A stretch of DNA of 61,367 nt, counting the filler, from an uncultured Thermoplasmatales archaeon (GTDB lineage: Archaea; Thermoplasmatota; E2; DHVEG-1): assembly GCA_964517155.1 (NCBI GenBank). It is 5 parts of 5 records of this genome, joined end to end, with 100 filler letters (N's around TTAATTAATTAA, not from the genome) between each part and the next. Parts side by side here need not be neighbours in the genome. Positions count along the whole stretch, not along the records: positions 1 to 25,883 come from CAZFAZ010000052.1; 4 more parts are not named here. One strand, 5' to 3'. The position numbers and the translations under genes are program-made. Below, in pieces: positions 1 through 9,823 of the stretch (position 1 is its first letter; each line of letters opens with the position of its first letter). The notes under the pieces were generated by a model, which saw only the letters and a program-made list of their open reading frames with translations, had not been told where the DNA came from and made no database searches.

Positions 1-3000
1 GTTCCATCGCCGTTGTCTGTTAGGCCGTATTGAGTTCCGTCTATTAGTAGCTCTCCGTTAAGTCCTGTTTCATCATTTTGTTCTTTGACAGTTATCACAA
101 TTTCATTTCCTGCAATAACAGTGTCATCTGCTTTGTTAGTGTATACCTCTTCTATCTCGGGTGGCGTTGTGTCAAGTGTGAAACTACAAGTGCTTGACCA
201 ATCACTAAGGGATCCACCTGTATATATTATAGCTACATGCCAGCACCATTTACCATCATCACTGCCATCATCAAGCAAATCACTTGACAAATCATATTCT
301 GTACCGGTTACATTCTTATGGTATATAGTAGATGAATCTTCTTTCCACCATTCAACTCTATAGGTGTCATGGTCTCCAACTGGATTCCACTCTAATGTAG
401 GTGTACTATCAAGCATTGCACCACATTCAGGTGCTACAAGCGTTGGATGCTCGCCTACTTCACCATGCACAATGAATGTTTCATTGTCATATGCAGTATT
501 ACCAAGACAATCCTCTGCTTTTACATACAAATAGTGCGTGCAGTGTTCATCAAAAGTAATGTTTCCATCATATGGTTGCCATCCTGTGTTGTTATCCCGG
601 TATTCTATCATATATTCTAAAGTTACACCACCAACTGCACAGGGTTCCTCTTGATCAACAGCATTAAGATTTATTTCAGTATCAGTTGTAACCCACCAGG
701 TTTCGTTATCATCTGAAATACTTGGTTCACCAACGGTTTTAATTATATTTGGTGGTTGAGAATCAACACGATGCTCTTGTACATGCATGATTGTATTAGC
801 AGTGATTTTTACATTGTCAACAAGACCATAATCCCGTGAGCATTTTTTGCTTAAATCATACATCCGGAATCGGATTTGTACTTCTGGTTGATTGTTTGCA
901 CCTGGTCCTAATTCAACTTCATAAGAATCCCAGTTGTTGTCATCAGATAGTGAAACAAGAGTATCCCAGGAACCTGATGATCCAACACGGTATTGAGCAG
1001 CTAAATAATCAGATGAACCCATATTATGGGTTTTTGCCTGAAATGATAATGTGATATCACTGTATCCTGTTGTATTAACTGAAGTTCTCAAACGTCCATT
1101 CCAGCCACCAATTGGTCCGGCTCGTATTTCTGCATAGTTGCCATCAATGCTGTGAGAATCATCTTCTAATGAAACACGATAACCGCTCCATTTACTAAGA
1201 TCTGTTTCAAAATCATCAAAGAACAAATTAACTGTTTTCTCAGTGTATTCTTCTTTGTTTCCTAGTTTATCAACTGAATACCAACGGATTTCATGCAAGC
1301 AATCCCCATGTATCTGGAATTTATGTTTTATTTGACCTTCAACATCATTTATATCACCTGTCTTGTTGTCAAAAATATTTTTACTCCAGACAAGGGTATC
1401 AATATCATATCCATTGCTTGCATTCCAAAGTTCCACATGAAGATAATCTACACCTACATCACATGGATCTTTTTTATCCTCTGTGTCTAATATAACCCAT
1501 GTATCATCGGCTCTTAGCCAGTAATCATCACCACATGTTTGTCCTTCAAAAGATTTTGTGGTTTCTGGTGGTTGTGAATCAACACGATGATACTGTACGT
1601 GTTCATCTTCAGTGTTACCAAGGTTATCTACAGCATACCAAGTAATTCTATGAAGACAATCCTCATTTATTGAAAACTCGTAATAGTAATCATCGACTTC
1701 TTCTTCCCATATCGTAGTCCAAGAGTCACCTTCATTTGTTGATCGTTCAAGTTTAACAAATAGTTGTTTAACACCGCTATCACATGGTTCTTCTTTATCC
1801 TCTGCAGAAATATTTATCACATTATGTTCTGCGCGTAACCAGAATTGTTCTATTTCATCACCTTCAAGATCAAAAGAGTCTATATCTTCTTCGGACGCAG
1901 GATAAGTTATACCATCAATATCTTTGGAACTTTCTGGTGGAGTGTTATCAACATAAAAGATTTGGCATTTTTCGGATTCTTTGTTTCCAAGGCAGTCAAC
2001 TGCATAATATCTTATTTTATGTTCACAATCCTGATCGAATGGACTTTCCAAATCATTCATAGTTATTTCTACATCTTCACCTACAGTTCCATGTATCCAA
2101 TCTGACCAATCAGTATCGTCGTACCAGATTTGGTAATAAATTGTGTATCCGCCTACTGCACAACAACCTGAATCAGTTGCATTTAGATAAATCGGTGTAT
2201 CCGATGTTATAAATCGTTTTTCGGATTCAACATGTTGTGGTTTACCATATTCTTTTTCTGTTTCCGGTGGTGTGTTATCTACATAAAATGTTTGATTATG
2301 TGTTTCTTCTGTGTTTCCAAGGTAGTCTTCTGCATAGTATTCAATATAATGTTTACAATCATTACTAACATTGACACAATCATCAATATCATTCATGGTT
2401 ATTGCTACATCTTGGCCCATTCCACCCTGCTTCCAACTGGTCCATTGTCCATCATACCATATTCTATAATGTATAGTATAGTTTTCAACAGCACAAACGC
2501 CAGGATCAGTTGAGTTTAAATAAATCGGTGTATCAGATGTGATAAATGTGTTTCCGGATGGTGTACATGTTGGATGTCCATATTCTTTTTCTGTTTCCGG
2601 TGGTGTGTTATCTACATAAAATGTTTCATTATCAAAAACACTTGTTCCACTGTTTCCCAGAATGTCTTCTGCATGAAATGTTACATAATGAATACAGTCC
2701 TCTCCAACACCGGCACTTTCAAAATCAAATGAAACATTGATATCTCCTTCTGAAACATTATACCATGTATAATTCCAAATGCCATCATACCATATACCAA
2801 CTTCCATGCTTATGTTTTCAACATTGCATGGCCAGTTATCAGGATCATCAGTTGCATTTATCCAAATCAAGGTATCATTTCTAACGTAGTAATCACCTGC
2901 GGGTAGTCCCCATGAACTTTTTGGTTCTCCTACATCTTTTTGTACAACTGGTGGAAGCGTATCTACTTTAACCCATTGTTTTTTTACTCCTTCCATATTG

Positions 3001-6000
3001 TCAAAATGATCATAAGTTCTATGCCAAATCATATGCATGCAGTCTTCCAATATAGAGATATTAATTTCTACAAATCCACTGCTGTCATCATGATCACCAG
3101 TAACACGAACATGTCCATCATCATAAATGTAGTCTTCATCACCATCATAGACAAAACCACTTGCAATTGCGTCATCAATGTCACCGTTATCATCTGTACT
3201 ATAAACAATCCATTCAATTTTTTCTACACCGACACCACCAATACCACAGCCTCTATCCTCAGTAGTAATAACTTTTACAGTTTCATTATTTATATAATCC
3301 CAATTTCCATCTTTGTAGGCTTGAGGAATATACTCTGAAGATGACACTGGTTTTTCTGTATCAACATAATGAGTTTGAGTGGTTACAGGTCCTTTGTTTC
3401 CAAGGCAGTCAACCGCATAAAACTCTAATTCATGTTTACATCCTTCTTCAAATGAAAACGAAGTTGAACCGCCATCGACAACAAATTCTTCTGTTGTTAA
3501 ATCTGGATATGTAATTGTATAATGAATACTCATATCTCCAACTCCGCAGTTTCCATTATCTGTTGCATTCAACCAAAACACAGTATCCGTACTTACAAAA
3601 TGATTGCCATCACGAGTATGTTGTGGACCAACAATGTCTTTGTTGACAGTTGGCCCTTCATTGTCTACATAAAAAGTTTGATTTTTGGTTGATTCCGCGT
3701 TTCCAAGGCAGTCTACCGCGTAGTACTCTATATAGTGTTCACATGAATTATTCCATGGTTCCCCTAAATCATTCATCGTTATTTCTACATCTTCGCCTAC
3801 ATCGCTAGTATTCCAACCAGTCCATTGTCCATCATACCATACTCTGTAGTATATTGTTGTATAATCAGTTACTGCACAGCCACCAGGATAGGTAGCATTC
3901 AAATAAATCGGCGTATCAGAAGTGATATAAGTTTCCTCAGATGGAGTACATTTTGGACTACCGTATTCTTTAACCGTTACTGGCGGCTGATTGACAACGT
4001 AATGAGTTTGATTAGTCACAGGTCCTTTGTTTCCAAGGCAGTCAACAGCCCAGAAACTAAGATTATGTTTGCATCCTTCAGTAAAATTAAATTCTGCGTT
4101 AGCATCATCTTCTGAATAATCACCAACTTTAACCCATCCTTCATTACTCCATCGCCATATAGTCCAATTTACAGATTCCACACATTGAGTAGAACAATTT
4201 TCATCTCCAACAATTGGATCAGTTGCATTAAGCCATATTTTAGTATCAGTTGTTACAAATTCACCATTGTTGCATTGTGGTTTACCTATGTCCTTGTTAA
4301 CTGTTGGTCCATCTGCATCAACTAAAAAATCATGGGTTGTCCAATCATAGTTACCAAAATGATCCTCACAATATGCATCGATTTCATGCCAGCAACTACT
4401 ATCAATATAAACTAAAACAGATATCTTTCCATCTTCATCTGCTATATTTTCAGAATCATCATGATATACTTTATAATAATCTTGTTCTTCATAGGAACTT
4501 GAATCATCAAAGTCACTACGTCGAAAAACCCAGAACTCTATAAAATCGCTTCCAACACCCTCATCAGTTGAGTTAACCCACACCGGTGTAACGCTACCAA
4601 CTCGGTCTAACTCACCCCAGGGCTCACCGGAATCATATGCATCTTCCTGTATTGGTTCTCCAAATTCAACGGTTTGGACAGGTTCTGTAAGATCAACTAT
4701 TACAATTTTTGTTTCAGTCTTGTTAATCTGCCCGCAGATACCTTGAACTTGAGAATAATAAGGATAAATCACTCCCTCTTCAAGGCCCGTAAATGTTGCT
4801 TCCAAGTCATTAACACTATTGTCATATGATGCTTTAATTTCTTGATCACTTAAAACACGATTCCAAATACGTACTTCATCTATTTTACCATTAAACCACT
4901 GGTCGTCATCAGCTTTATTTGCACCTATATATAACGGTTCTCCATCTTTCCATTCTGGAGGTCCGTCAGGAACATCAAGTGTTCCATCTAATTCTCCATT
5001 AACATAAATTTTGATTTCATCTTGATTATAGGTAGCAACAATATGATACCATTCATTAGTGTTTAAATCAGTATTACCGACTAATTGTCTCCAGTCATCA
5101 TCTATCCAGACTCCAAACTGTATATTATTACCATCGCATAATAGTTGATAGTTATCATACTCGTTGTCATCATCTTTTGATATTATGCGGTTATTTTCAC
5201 CGGAGCTTTCAAAACTATCTGCATTTATCCACGCTTCAAGAGTTAAATATTCCAAATCTGAACCTAGCTCTGAATGATCTCCAATTTCTACATAATTATC
5301 AGATCCATTAAAATCCAATGCATTTCCAAACTTACCATCTGTCCAAACAGGACCATTAGTAAGTGTTCCATCATTAGCAAATGTAGAATTATCATAAGCT
5401 TTGTTTCCTGTTTCTTCATTAAATGGCCAGTATCCTACAAGACTCTCGTTCCAGTTAATAAACGCTGAAAGCTCTCCGGCTTCACAATCGGTAGAAACTT
5501 TGATAGTAGTCTGATTTTCACCTATATACGGATAATAATCATTATGATCTTCATCTGGAGTTGGATCTACAAAATCAATTTCAGGTTCCAAAGGAGGGCC
5601 ACCAATTGCAACCATGTTGTGTTCAAAAACATCTATATCTTTGCCGTATGCGACAAGGTCAACTTCTACAGTTTCTCCTGCTGCAACCTCGATAGCACCA
5701 ACTACTGCAAAACCACTACGACTTATGTAGTCTGTATCGTCTTCACTGGCTATGTTTGATTTGGCAAGCATGACGGCCTCATCATCTTCTCCAACACGTA
5801 GTCCAACATTAGGTGCGGATCCTCCACTCGCAAAGTTCATGGCACCAGAAGCAGTTATTTTCCAAGTACCTTCCCCAAGTTCAAGCGTCTCGGTAATATC
5901 CGCATTTTGATAGGGTGAACTTGCTTCTCCATGGTCATCAGATGCTTTGATTTTTGTTACATTATCGGGGGTAGTACCAATTGCAACCATGTTGTGTTCA

Positions 6001-6866
6001 AAAACGGTTCCACCGTAAGCCACAAGCTCGACAGTGATAGGCCCGTCAACGGTTCCAACAACACCGAACCCGCCGCGACTTATGATATCCGCGTCGGCTT
6101 CACTTGCCAAGTTAGACTTGGCGAGCATGGTGTCAACTCCGTCAATCTCAGCGCGCAATCCTACGTTGGGTGCAAGATCTCCAGCGAAGTTCATGGCTCC
6201 TGAGGCAGTGATTTTCCATGTGCCCTCTCCAAGTTCAAGCGTCTCGATAGAGTCCGCATTTTGATAGTTTGAGCTTGCGTCTCCATGGTCATCAGATGCT
6301 TTGATTTTTGTTACACCATCGGGGGTAGTACCAATTGCAACCATGTTGTATTCAAAAACATCTATATCTTTGCCGTATGCGACAAGGTCAACTTCTACAG
6401 TTTCTTCTGCTTCAACCTCGATAGCACCAACAACTGCAAAACCACTACGACTTATGACCTCTGTATCGTCTTCACTGGCTATGTTTGATTTGGCAAGCAT
6501 GACGGCGTCATCATCTTCTCCAACACGTAGTCCAACATTGGGAGCAGATCCTCCACTTTCAAAATTCATGGCACCAGAAGCAGTAATTTTCCAAATACCT
6601 TCCCCAAGTTCAAGTGTTTCAATAGTAGTTTCGTCTTGATAAGGTTGGCTTGCGTCTCCATGATCATCAGAAGCTATGATTTCCGGACTAGTAGTACATC
6701 CTCTAATTGCTGCATCAATATTTTCAACAGGGTCTGTTGTAGAATCAGCAACAACAGGTGTTGCTAAAAACATTGTTATGGTCGTCATAGTTGATAGCAG
6801 CATTAATGTTGCTACAAAACTAGCGTTAATTTTTTTTCTATTATCATTTCTAATACTTTTTTGCAT
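1..6866 (-). CDS. Giant secreted/surface protein (at least 2288 aa, 3' end outside window): signal peptide, three ~120-aa repeats, LamG-like domain, many Cys-containing Ig-like repeats
   Basis: Not in ORF track (no stop in window). ATG at 6866 after GGAGG; starts MQKSIRNDNRKKINASFVATLMLLSTMTTITMFLATPVVA; same frame at position 1. LamG-like SLVGYWPFNE...GKFGNALDFNG at ~4830-5460; recurring YVDNTPPET...YAxDxLGNxE units. Confidence 0.9.
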   Translation of the reverse strand, partial: MQKSIRNDNRKKINASFVATLMLLSTMTTITMFLATPVVADSTTDPVENIDAAIRGCTTSPEIIASDDHGDASQPYQDETTIETLELGEGIWKITASGAMNFESGGSAPNVGLRVGEDDDAVMLAKSNIASEDDTEVISRSGFAVVGAIEVEAEETVEVDLVAYGKDIDVFEYNMVAIGTTPDGVTKIKASDDHGDASSNYQNADSIETLELGEGTWKITASGAMNFAGDLAPNVGLRAEIDGVDTMLAKSNLASEADADIISRGGFGVVGTVDGPITVELVAYGGTVFEHNMVAIGTTPDNVTKIKASDDHGEASSPYQNADITETLELGEGTWKITASGAMNFASGGSAPNVGLRVGEDDEAVMLAKSNIASEDDTDYISRSGFAVVGAIEVAAGETVEVDLVAYGKDIDVFEHNMVAIGGPPLEPEIDFVDPTPDEDHNDYYPYIGENQTTIKVSTDCEAGELSAFINWNESLVGYWPFNEETGNKAYDNSTFANDGTLTNGPVWTDGKFGNALDFNGSDNYVEIGDHSELGSDLEYLTLEAWINADSFESSGENNRIISKDDDNEYDNYQLLCDGNNIQFGVWIDDDWRQLVGNTDLNTNEWYHIVATYNQDEIKIYVNGELDGTLDVPDGPPEWKDGEPLYIGANKADDDQWFNGKIDEVRIWNRVLSDQEIKASYDNSVNDLEATFTGLEEGVIYPYYSQVQGICGQINKTETKIVIVDLTEPVQTVEFGEPIQEDAYDSGEPWGELDRVGSVTPVWVNSTDEGVGSDFIEFWVFRRSDFDDSSSYEEQDYYKVYHDDSENIADEDGKISVLVYIDSSCWHEIDAYCEDHFGNYDWTTHDFLVDADGPTVNKDIGKPQCNNGEFVTTDTKIWLNATDPIVGDENCSTQCVESVNWTIWRWSNEGWVKVGDYSEDDANAEFNFTEGCKHNLSFWAVDCLGNKGPVTNQTHYVVNQPPVTVKEYGSPKCTPSEETYITSDTPIYLNATYPGGCAVTDYTTIYYRVWYDGQWTGWNTSDVGEDVEITMNDLGEPWNNSCEHYIEYYAVDCLGNAESTKNQTFYVDNEGPTVNKDIVGPQHTRDGNHFVSTDTVFWLNATDNGNCGVGDMSIHYTITYPDLTTEEFVVDGGSTSFSFEEGCKHELEFYAVDCLGNKGPVTTQTHYVDTEKPVSSSEYIPQAYKDGNWDYINNETVKVITTEDRGCGIGGVGVEKIEWIVYSTDDNGDIDDAIASGFVYDGDEDYIYDDGHVRVTGDHDDSSGFVEINISILEDCMHMIWHRTYDHFDNMEGVKKQWVKVDTLPPVVQKDVGEPKSSWGLPAGDYYVRNDTLIWINATDDPDNWPCNVENISMEVGIWYDGIWNYTWYNVSEGDINVSFDFESAGVGEDCIHYVTFHAEDILGNSGTSVFDNETFYVDNTPPETEKEYGHPTCTPSGNTFITSDTPIYLNSTDPGVCAVENYTIHYRIWYDGQWTSWKQGGMGQDVAITMNDIDDCVNVSNDCKHYIEYYAEDYLGNTEETHNQTFYVDNTPPETEKEYGKPQHVESEKRFITSDTPIYLNATDSGCCAVGGYTIYYQIWYDDTDWSDWIHGTVGEDVEITMNDLESPFDQDCEHKIRYYAVDCLGNKESEKCQIFYVDNTPPESSKDIDGITYPASEEDIDSFDLEGDEIEQFWLRAEHNVINISAEDKEEPCDSGVKQLFVKLERSTNEGDSWTTIWEEEVDDYYYEFSINEDCLHRITWYAVDNLGNTEDEHVQYHRVDSQPPETTKSFEGQTCGDDYWLRADDTWVILDTEDKKDPCDVGVDYLHVELWNASNGYDIDTLVWSKNIFDNKTGDINDVEGQIKHKFQIHGDCLHEIRWYSVDKLGNKEEYTEKTVNLFFDDFETDLSKWSGYRVSLEDDSHSIDGNYAEIRAGPIGGWNGRLRTSVNTTGYSDITLSFQAKTHNMGSSDYLAAQYRVGSSGSWDTLVSLSDDNNWDSYEVELGPGANNQPEVQIRFRMYDLSKKCSRDYGLVDNVKITANTIMHVQEHRVDSQPPNIIKTVGEPSISDDNETWWVTTDTEINLNAVDQEEPCAVGGVTLEYMIEYRDNNTGWQPYDGNITFDEHCTHYLYVKAEDCLGNTAYDNETFIVHGEVGEHPTLVAPECGAMLDSTPTLEWNPVGDHDTYRVEWWKEDSSTIYHKNVTGTEYDLSSDLLDDGSDDGKWCWHVAIIYTGGSLSDWSSTCSFTLDTTPPEIEEVYTNKADDTVIAGNEIVITVKEQNDETGLNGELLIDGTQYGLTDNGDG
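5600..6675 (-). repeat. Three tandem intragenic repeats (periods 375 and 354 bp)
   Basis: Units ASDDHG(D/E)AS...ETLELGEG(I/T)WKITASGAMNF...NMVAIG; SDDH codons near 6661, 6286 and 5932. Confidence 0.95.
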
Positions 6867-7279
6867 AAATTTGCCTCCATATATGTGTGAGAATTTTTTT
6901 TTAAATTCTTTTTACTCTTTTTATTCCCCCATGGCGATAAAACTTACCGTCATAGCTGGAAAGTCAATGATAAAACAATATATAAAGCTTTTGATAAAAA
7001 TCTTTTTGAGATATTTGGCAGTATTTTTTTCTCTGTTATGTATATCTTATGTTTTGTATTTGTTCTTTTGTTATAGTGGCTTTGAAACATTTGTTGCATT
7101 TTCGCATAGATAATTTAATAAGAGCCTTGTTTGTGAATATATAAATATATTACCTTAGTTTTTATTATATTAATAGTCTTATAATATATACATAACTACA
7201 TAATATTGTAATTATGTATATTGTAAGTATGTATAAGATTATTATATATTGTAATATGAGACAGAAAATAAAAACTAAA

Positions 7280-7760
7280 AAAAGGCTTAAACCAGCCCAT
7301 CCCTGTTCACTCTGCGCGTCATCCAACAGAAGAAAAAACCCTTTTCCAATTGCGTTCATTCTGCGGGTCATAAATTCTCATTATATTTAAACCTGCGTTC
7401 GGTATGCGGGGCATAACCCTTGTTCAATACTCGGGTCATGCCTTGTTCAATATTCGAGTCATACTCAATATAGCCCTCATCCAAAATTTAGAGTATACAT
7501 GACATAGCCCTCATCCAATATTCGAGGCATACTGCCCCATTTTTTACCAAAATATCATCTTTTATTTTTGTTCAGAACTTGAGTCATGCCTCTTTCAAAA
7601 CTCAGTTCATGTGCAATACAAATCTTCGTCTAATATTCTAGTCTTACACGACAGAAACCTGGCCCAAAACTCAGCTCATACACAGTAAAATAGCTTCTAT
7701 CCAAACTCAATTGCTATTCTGTATAATACTTGGGCATACTCTTTGCAATGCTAAAGTCAT
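7280..7760 (-). repeat. Degenerate array of ~13 copies of an 18-bp motif (copy L of a dispersed element)
   Basis: Minus-strand units such as ATGACCCGAGTATTGAAC, ATGACTCGAATATTGAAC, ATGCCCCGCATACCGAAC start at 7760, 7737, 7679, 7645, 7610, 7587, 7530, 7496, 7462, 7439, 7414, 7371, 7322. Confidence 0.85.
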
Positions 7761-7796
7761 GTTATCCAATTTTTTCAATAGACTATAGTATTTTTT

Positions 7797-7845
7797 TGGG
7801 TGTAGGTCGTAAGCCACTTTAGACCAGTGTTTTCTTCTTATTTTT
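7797..7845 (+). repeat. Dispersed direct repeat site 1 (TGGGTGTAGGTCGTAAGC plus extension)
   Basis: 18-bp core 7797-7814; matches site 3 at 43 of 49 nt by my count. Confidence 0.9.
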
Positions 7846-7910
7846 TCAAATTTTTAAAGTTTTAAAGACGGAAGAACATATATAACATATATACTCAATA
7901 TCAAATTAAA

Positions 7911-8033
7911 ATGAAAGGAGATGAATTAGAACTCAGCGAACAAACAAAAAAAGAGATTGCTCAATTTCGTACTGAGTACAAAGCAGGTAAAACTCATTCT
8001 TTTGAAAAAATTAAGAAAATGTTGAAATTATAA
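7911..8033 (+). pseudogene. 40-aa remnant resembling the C-terminal half of an archaeal RelB-like antitoxin
   Basis: MKGDELELSEQTKKEIAQFRTEYKAGKTHSFEKIKKMLKL; no N-terminal DNA-binding part and no toxin follows. Confidence 0.55.
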
Positions 8034-8036
8034 ATA

Positions 8037-8456
8037 TTACCCTTCATCAATAATTTTTTCAATTTGTTTGTAAAATTGTTCAGCATCTTCAATTGCTTGT
8101 TGCGCTTCATAATCAGAAATAAGAAAATCTAATGCATATAGTGTGTTATGGCGATTTCTTCTATATGCATCAAGCTGGTTTGAAAGACTTCTTAACTTGG
8201 GATAAGTTTCACGGATATACGACACTATACATAGATGACTTCTTTCTTTTATTCCGTCTTTGAATAACAATGCTCTTGCAGAATGAAACATAGCAGTATA
8301 AGAACAAAATATGACAAGATTGTTATTCTTTATTTCAAAATTATCTTTTGCATTTTGAATATAATTCAGACTTGTTTCTAAAGATTTTACGGCATATTGT
8401 TTTGAAGGCTTTGTTTTTCTAAGCAAACCTTCTTTAAAGCAATCATTAAGTTTCAC
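8037..8456 (-). CDS. HEPN domain toxin (MNT-HEPN pair)
   Basis: SYTAMFHSARALL, RSH and RRNRHNTLY motifs; overlaps MNT stop. Confidence 0.9.
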   Translation of the reverse strand: MKLNDCFKEGLLRKTKPSKQYAVKSLETSLNYIQNAKDNFEIKNNNLVIFCSYTAMFHSARALLFKDGIKERSHLCIVSYIRETYPKLRSLSNQLDAYRRNRHNTLYALDFLISDYEAQQAIEDAEQFYKQIEKIIDEG

Positions 8457-9019
8457 GGCAATCCACTCCCATACAATACAATATGGTTTCTAACTACTGA
8501 ATCATAGAATATCTTATCCTTTTCTTTTATTTTTTGCCAATCTGAAATTGTTAATATTTGAGGTGATATTATTTTTTTAATTTTACTTTCTAATTTCTGT
8601 ATTGCATTTGTAAATTGTATTTTTTTATTTACAAGTATTAATAGGTCGATATCACTTTTTGAGTCATATTCTCCATTGGCATAAGATCCATATAATATAA
8701 TTGAGATTATTGAATCATCATTTTTTAGAAATTCCTCTGTTAATTTATTTTTTTTGAAGTTTATAATTGTGTTTAAAGTTTTCATTTGTTTTACTATTTC
8801 AGATTCATTATTAAGTTTGTACAAATGAACATTTCCCACAATTTCTTTTTTTAATATGTTATCCTTATGAATATTCTTTAAAAAAACATTTACTGTTCCT
8901 GATCCAATGCCGGTGTTCCTTGAAATCTCTTTCGTATAAAATGAATAGTCAGGATTGTTTAAAAATATCCTTAACAGGTTCCAATCTTTATATTTTTCAA
9001 ACATTTCTTCAATATGCAT
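8453..9019 (-). CDS. wHTH plus minimal nucleotidyltransferase (MNT) antitoxin
   Basis: GS-x10-DID (GSYANGEYDSKSDID); N-terminal HTH (TKEISRNTGIGSGTV). Confidence 0.9.
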   Translation of the reverse strand: MHIEEMFEKYKDWNLLRIFLNNPDYSFYTKEISRNTGIGSGTVNVFLKNIHKDNILKKEIVGNVHLYKLNNESEIVKQMKTLNTIINFKKNKLTEEFLKNDDSIISIILYGSYANGEYDSKSDIDLLILVNKKIQFTNAIQKLESKIKKIISPQILTISDWQKIKEKDKIFYDSVVRNHIVLYGSGLP

Positions 9020-9023
9020 ATTT

Positions 9024-9062
9024 TATAAAACTTTCGTTCTATATATAAAACTTTCGTTCTAT
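9024..9062. promoter_or_regulatory. Tandem 19-bp direct repeat, probable promoter/operator of the MNT-HEPN operon
   Basis: TATAAAACTTTCGTTCTAT at 9024-9042 and 9044-9062, directly upstream of the MNT start. Confidence 0.6.
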
Positions 9063-9089
9063 TAATAAAAAATTAAAGAAGAATGTTGT

Positions 9090-9107
9090 TGGGTGTAGGC
9101 CGTAAGC
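9090..9107 (+). repeat. Dispersed direct repeat site 2 (TGGGTGTAGGCCGTAAGC)
   Basis: Identical to the site 3 core; lies between the two TA operons. Confidence 0.9.
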
Positions 9108-9179
9108 CCCTGTGCAACATGAGAAAAATAAATTTTTCATGAAAGTATACGACAGAAGCAACAAATATGAAATATATGC

Positions 9180-9201
9180 TAGTTACCCTCTTTAGTAACT
9201 A
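9180..9201. promoter_or_regulatory. Inverted repeat, probable AbiEi operator
   Basis: TAGTTAC-N8-GTAACTA upstream of a TTTAAATA box and abiEi. Confidence 0.55.
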
Positions 9202-9238
9202 ACATAAATTTAAATACTGTTTTGTCTTGTCTTTTCAT

Positions 9239-9823
9239 ATGCCTATCATCAAATATAACAATATAATAAAAAAAATTACTAAAAAACCTGTATTTGGTGT
9301 TGATGATCTTGTACATCAAAACATACCGCGACAGTATGCAAAAAAAATCCTCCATGAACTATATAAGTCTTGTAAAATCACTCGCGTTGAACGTGGCAAA
9401 TACACTGTTTTTGATGATATTCTTACTGTAGCAACAAATCTTACACAACCATGTTATGTATCCATGTGGTCTGCACTAAGCATTCATAAATTGACTACAC
9501 AGATACCATTTTCAGTTGAAATTGTGACGACTCGGAAGCGTTTCAACAGAAAAATTATATTTAAAAATACGCCGATTATTTTTTATACCGCACAACCAAA
9601 AATGATGTATGGATATGAAAATATCATCTGGAAAGAACAGATACGAATACCTGTTGCAAAACCAGAAAAAATCATTATTGATGCTTTATACTTTAGAACA
9701 ATATCTTCTGAAGAACTTATAGAACCTATCGCGACGATGGATAAAAAACTCCTTTGCGCATATGCAAAATTGACACAAAATACATATGTTATAAAGACTT
9801 TGGAGAGTTTAGTTACATGCTGA
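9239..9823 (+). CDS. Type IV TA antitoxin, AbiEi family
   Basis: wHTH (ITRVERGKY), YVSMWSALSIHKLTTQIP, VAKPEKIIID; ATG 9239. Confidence 0.88.
   Translation: MPIIKYNNIIKKITKKPVFGVDDLVHQNIPRQYAKKILHELYKSCKITRVERGKYTVFDDILTVATNLTQPCYVSMWSALSIHKLTTQIPFSVEIVTTRKRFNRKIIFKNTPIIFYTAQPKMMYGYENIIWKEQIRIPVAKPEKIIIDALYFRTISSEELIEPIATMDKKLLCAYAKLTQNTYVIKTLESLVTC

Noticed and set aside
85..7113. Many short plus-strand ORFs
   Set aside because: Antisense shadows of the giant minus-strand gene; their repeats mirror its repeats.
7165..7371. 68-aa ORF MTRRMNAIG...
   Set aside because: Begins in a repeat unit and runs into AT-rich low-complexity DNA.
7280..7760. CRISPR array
   Set aside because: Units are degenerate, spacing irregular, no unique 30-40-nt spacers.
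9090..9107. Site as a tRNA or 5S rRNA fragment
   Set aside because: Does not match either tRNA here; resemblance to a 5S 5' end is short and does not extend.
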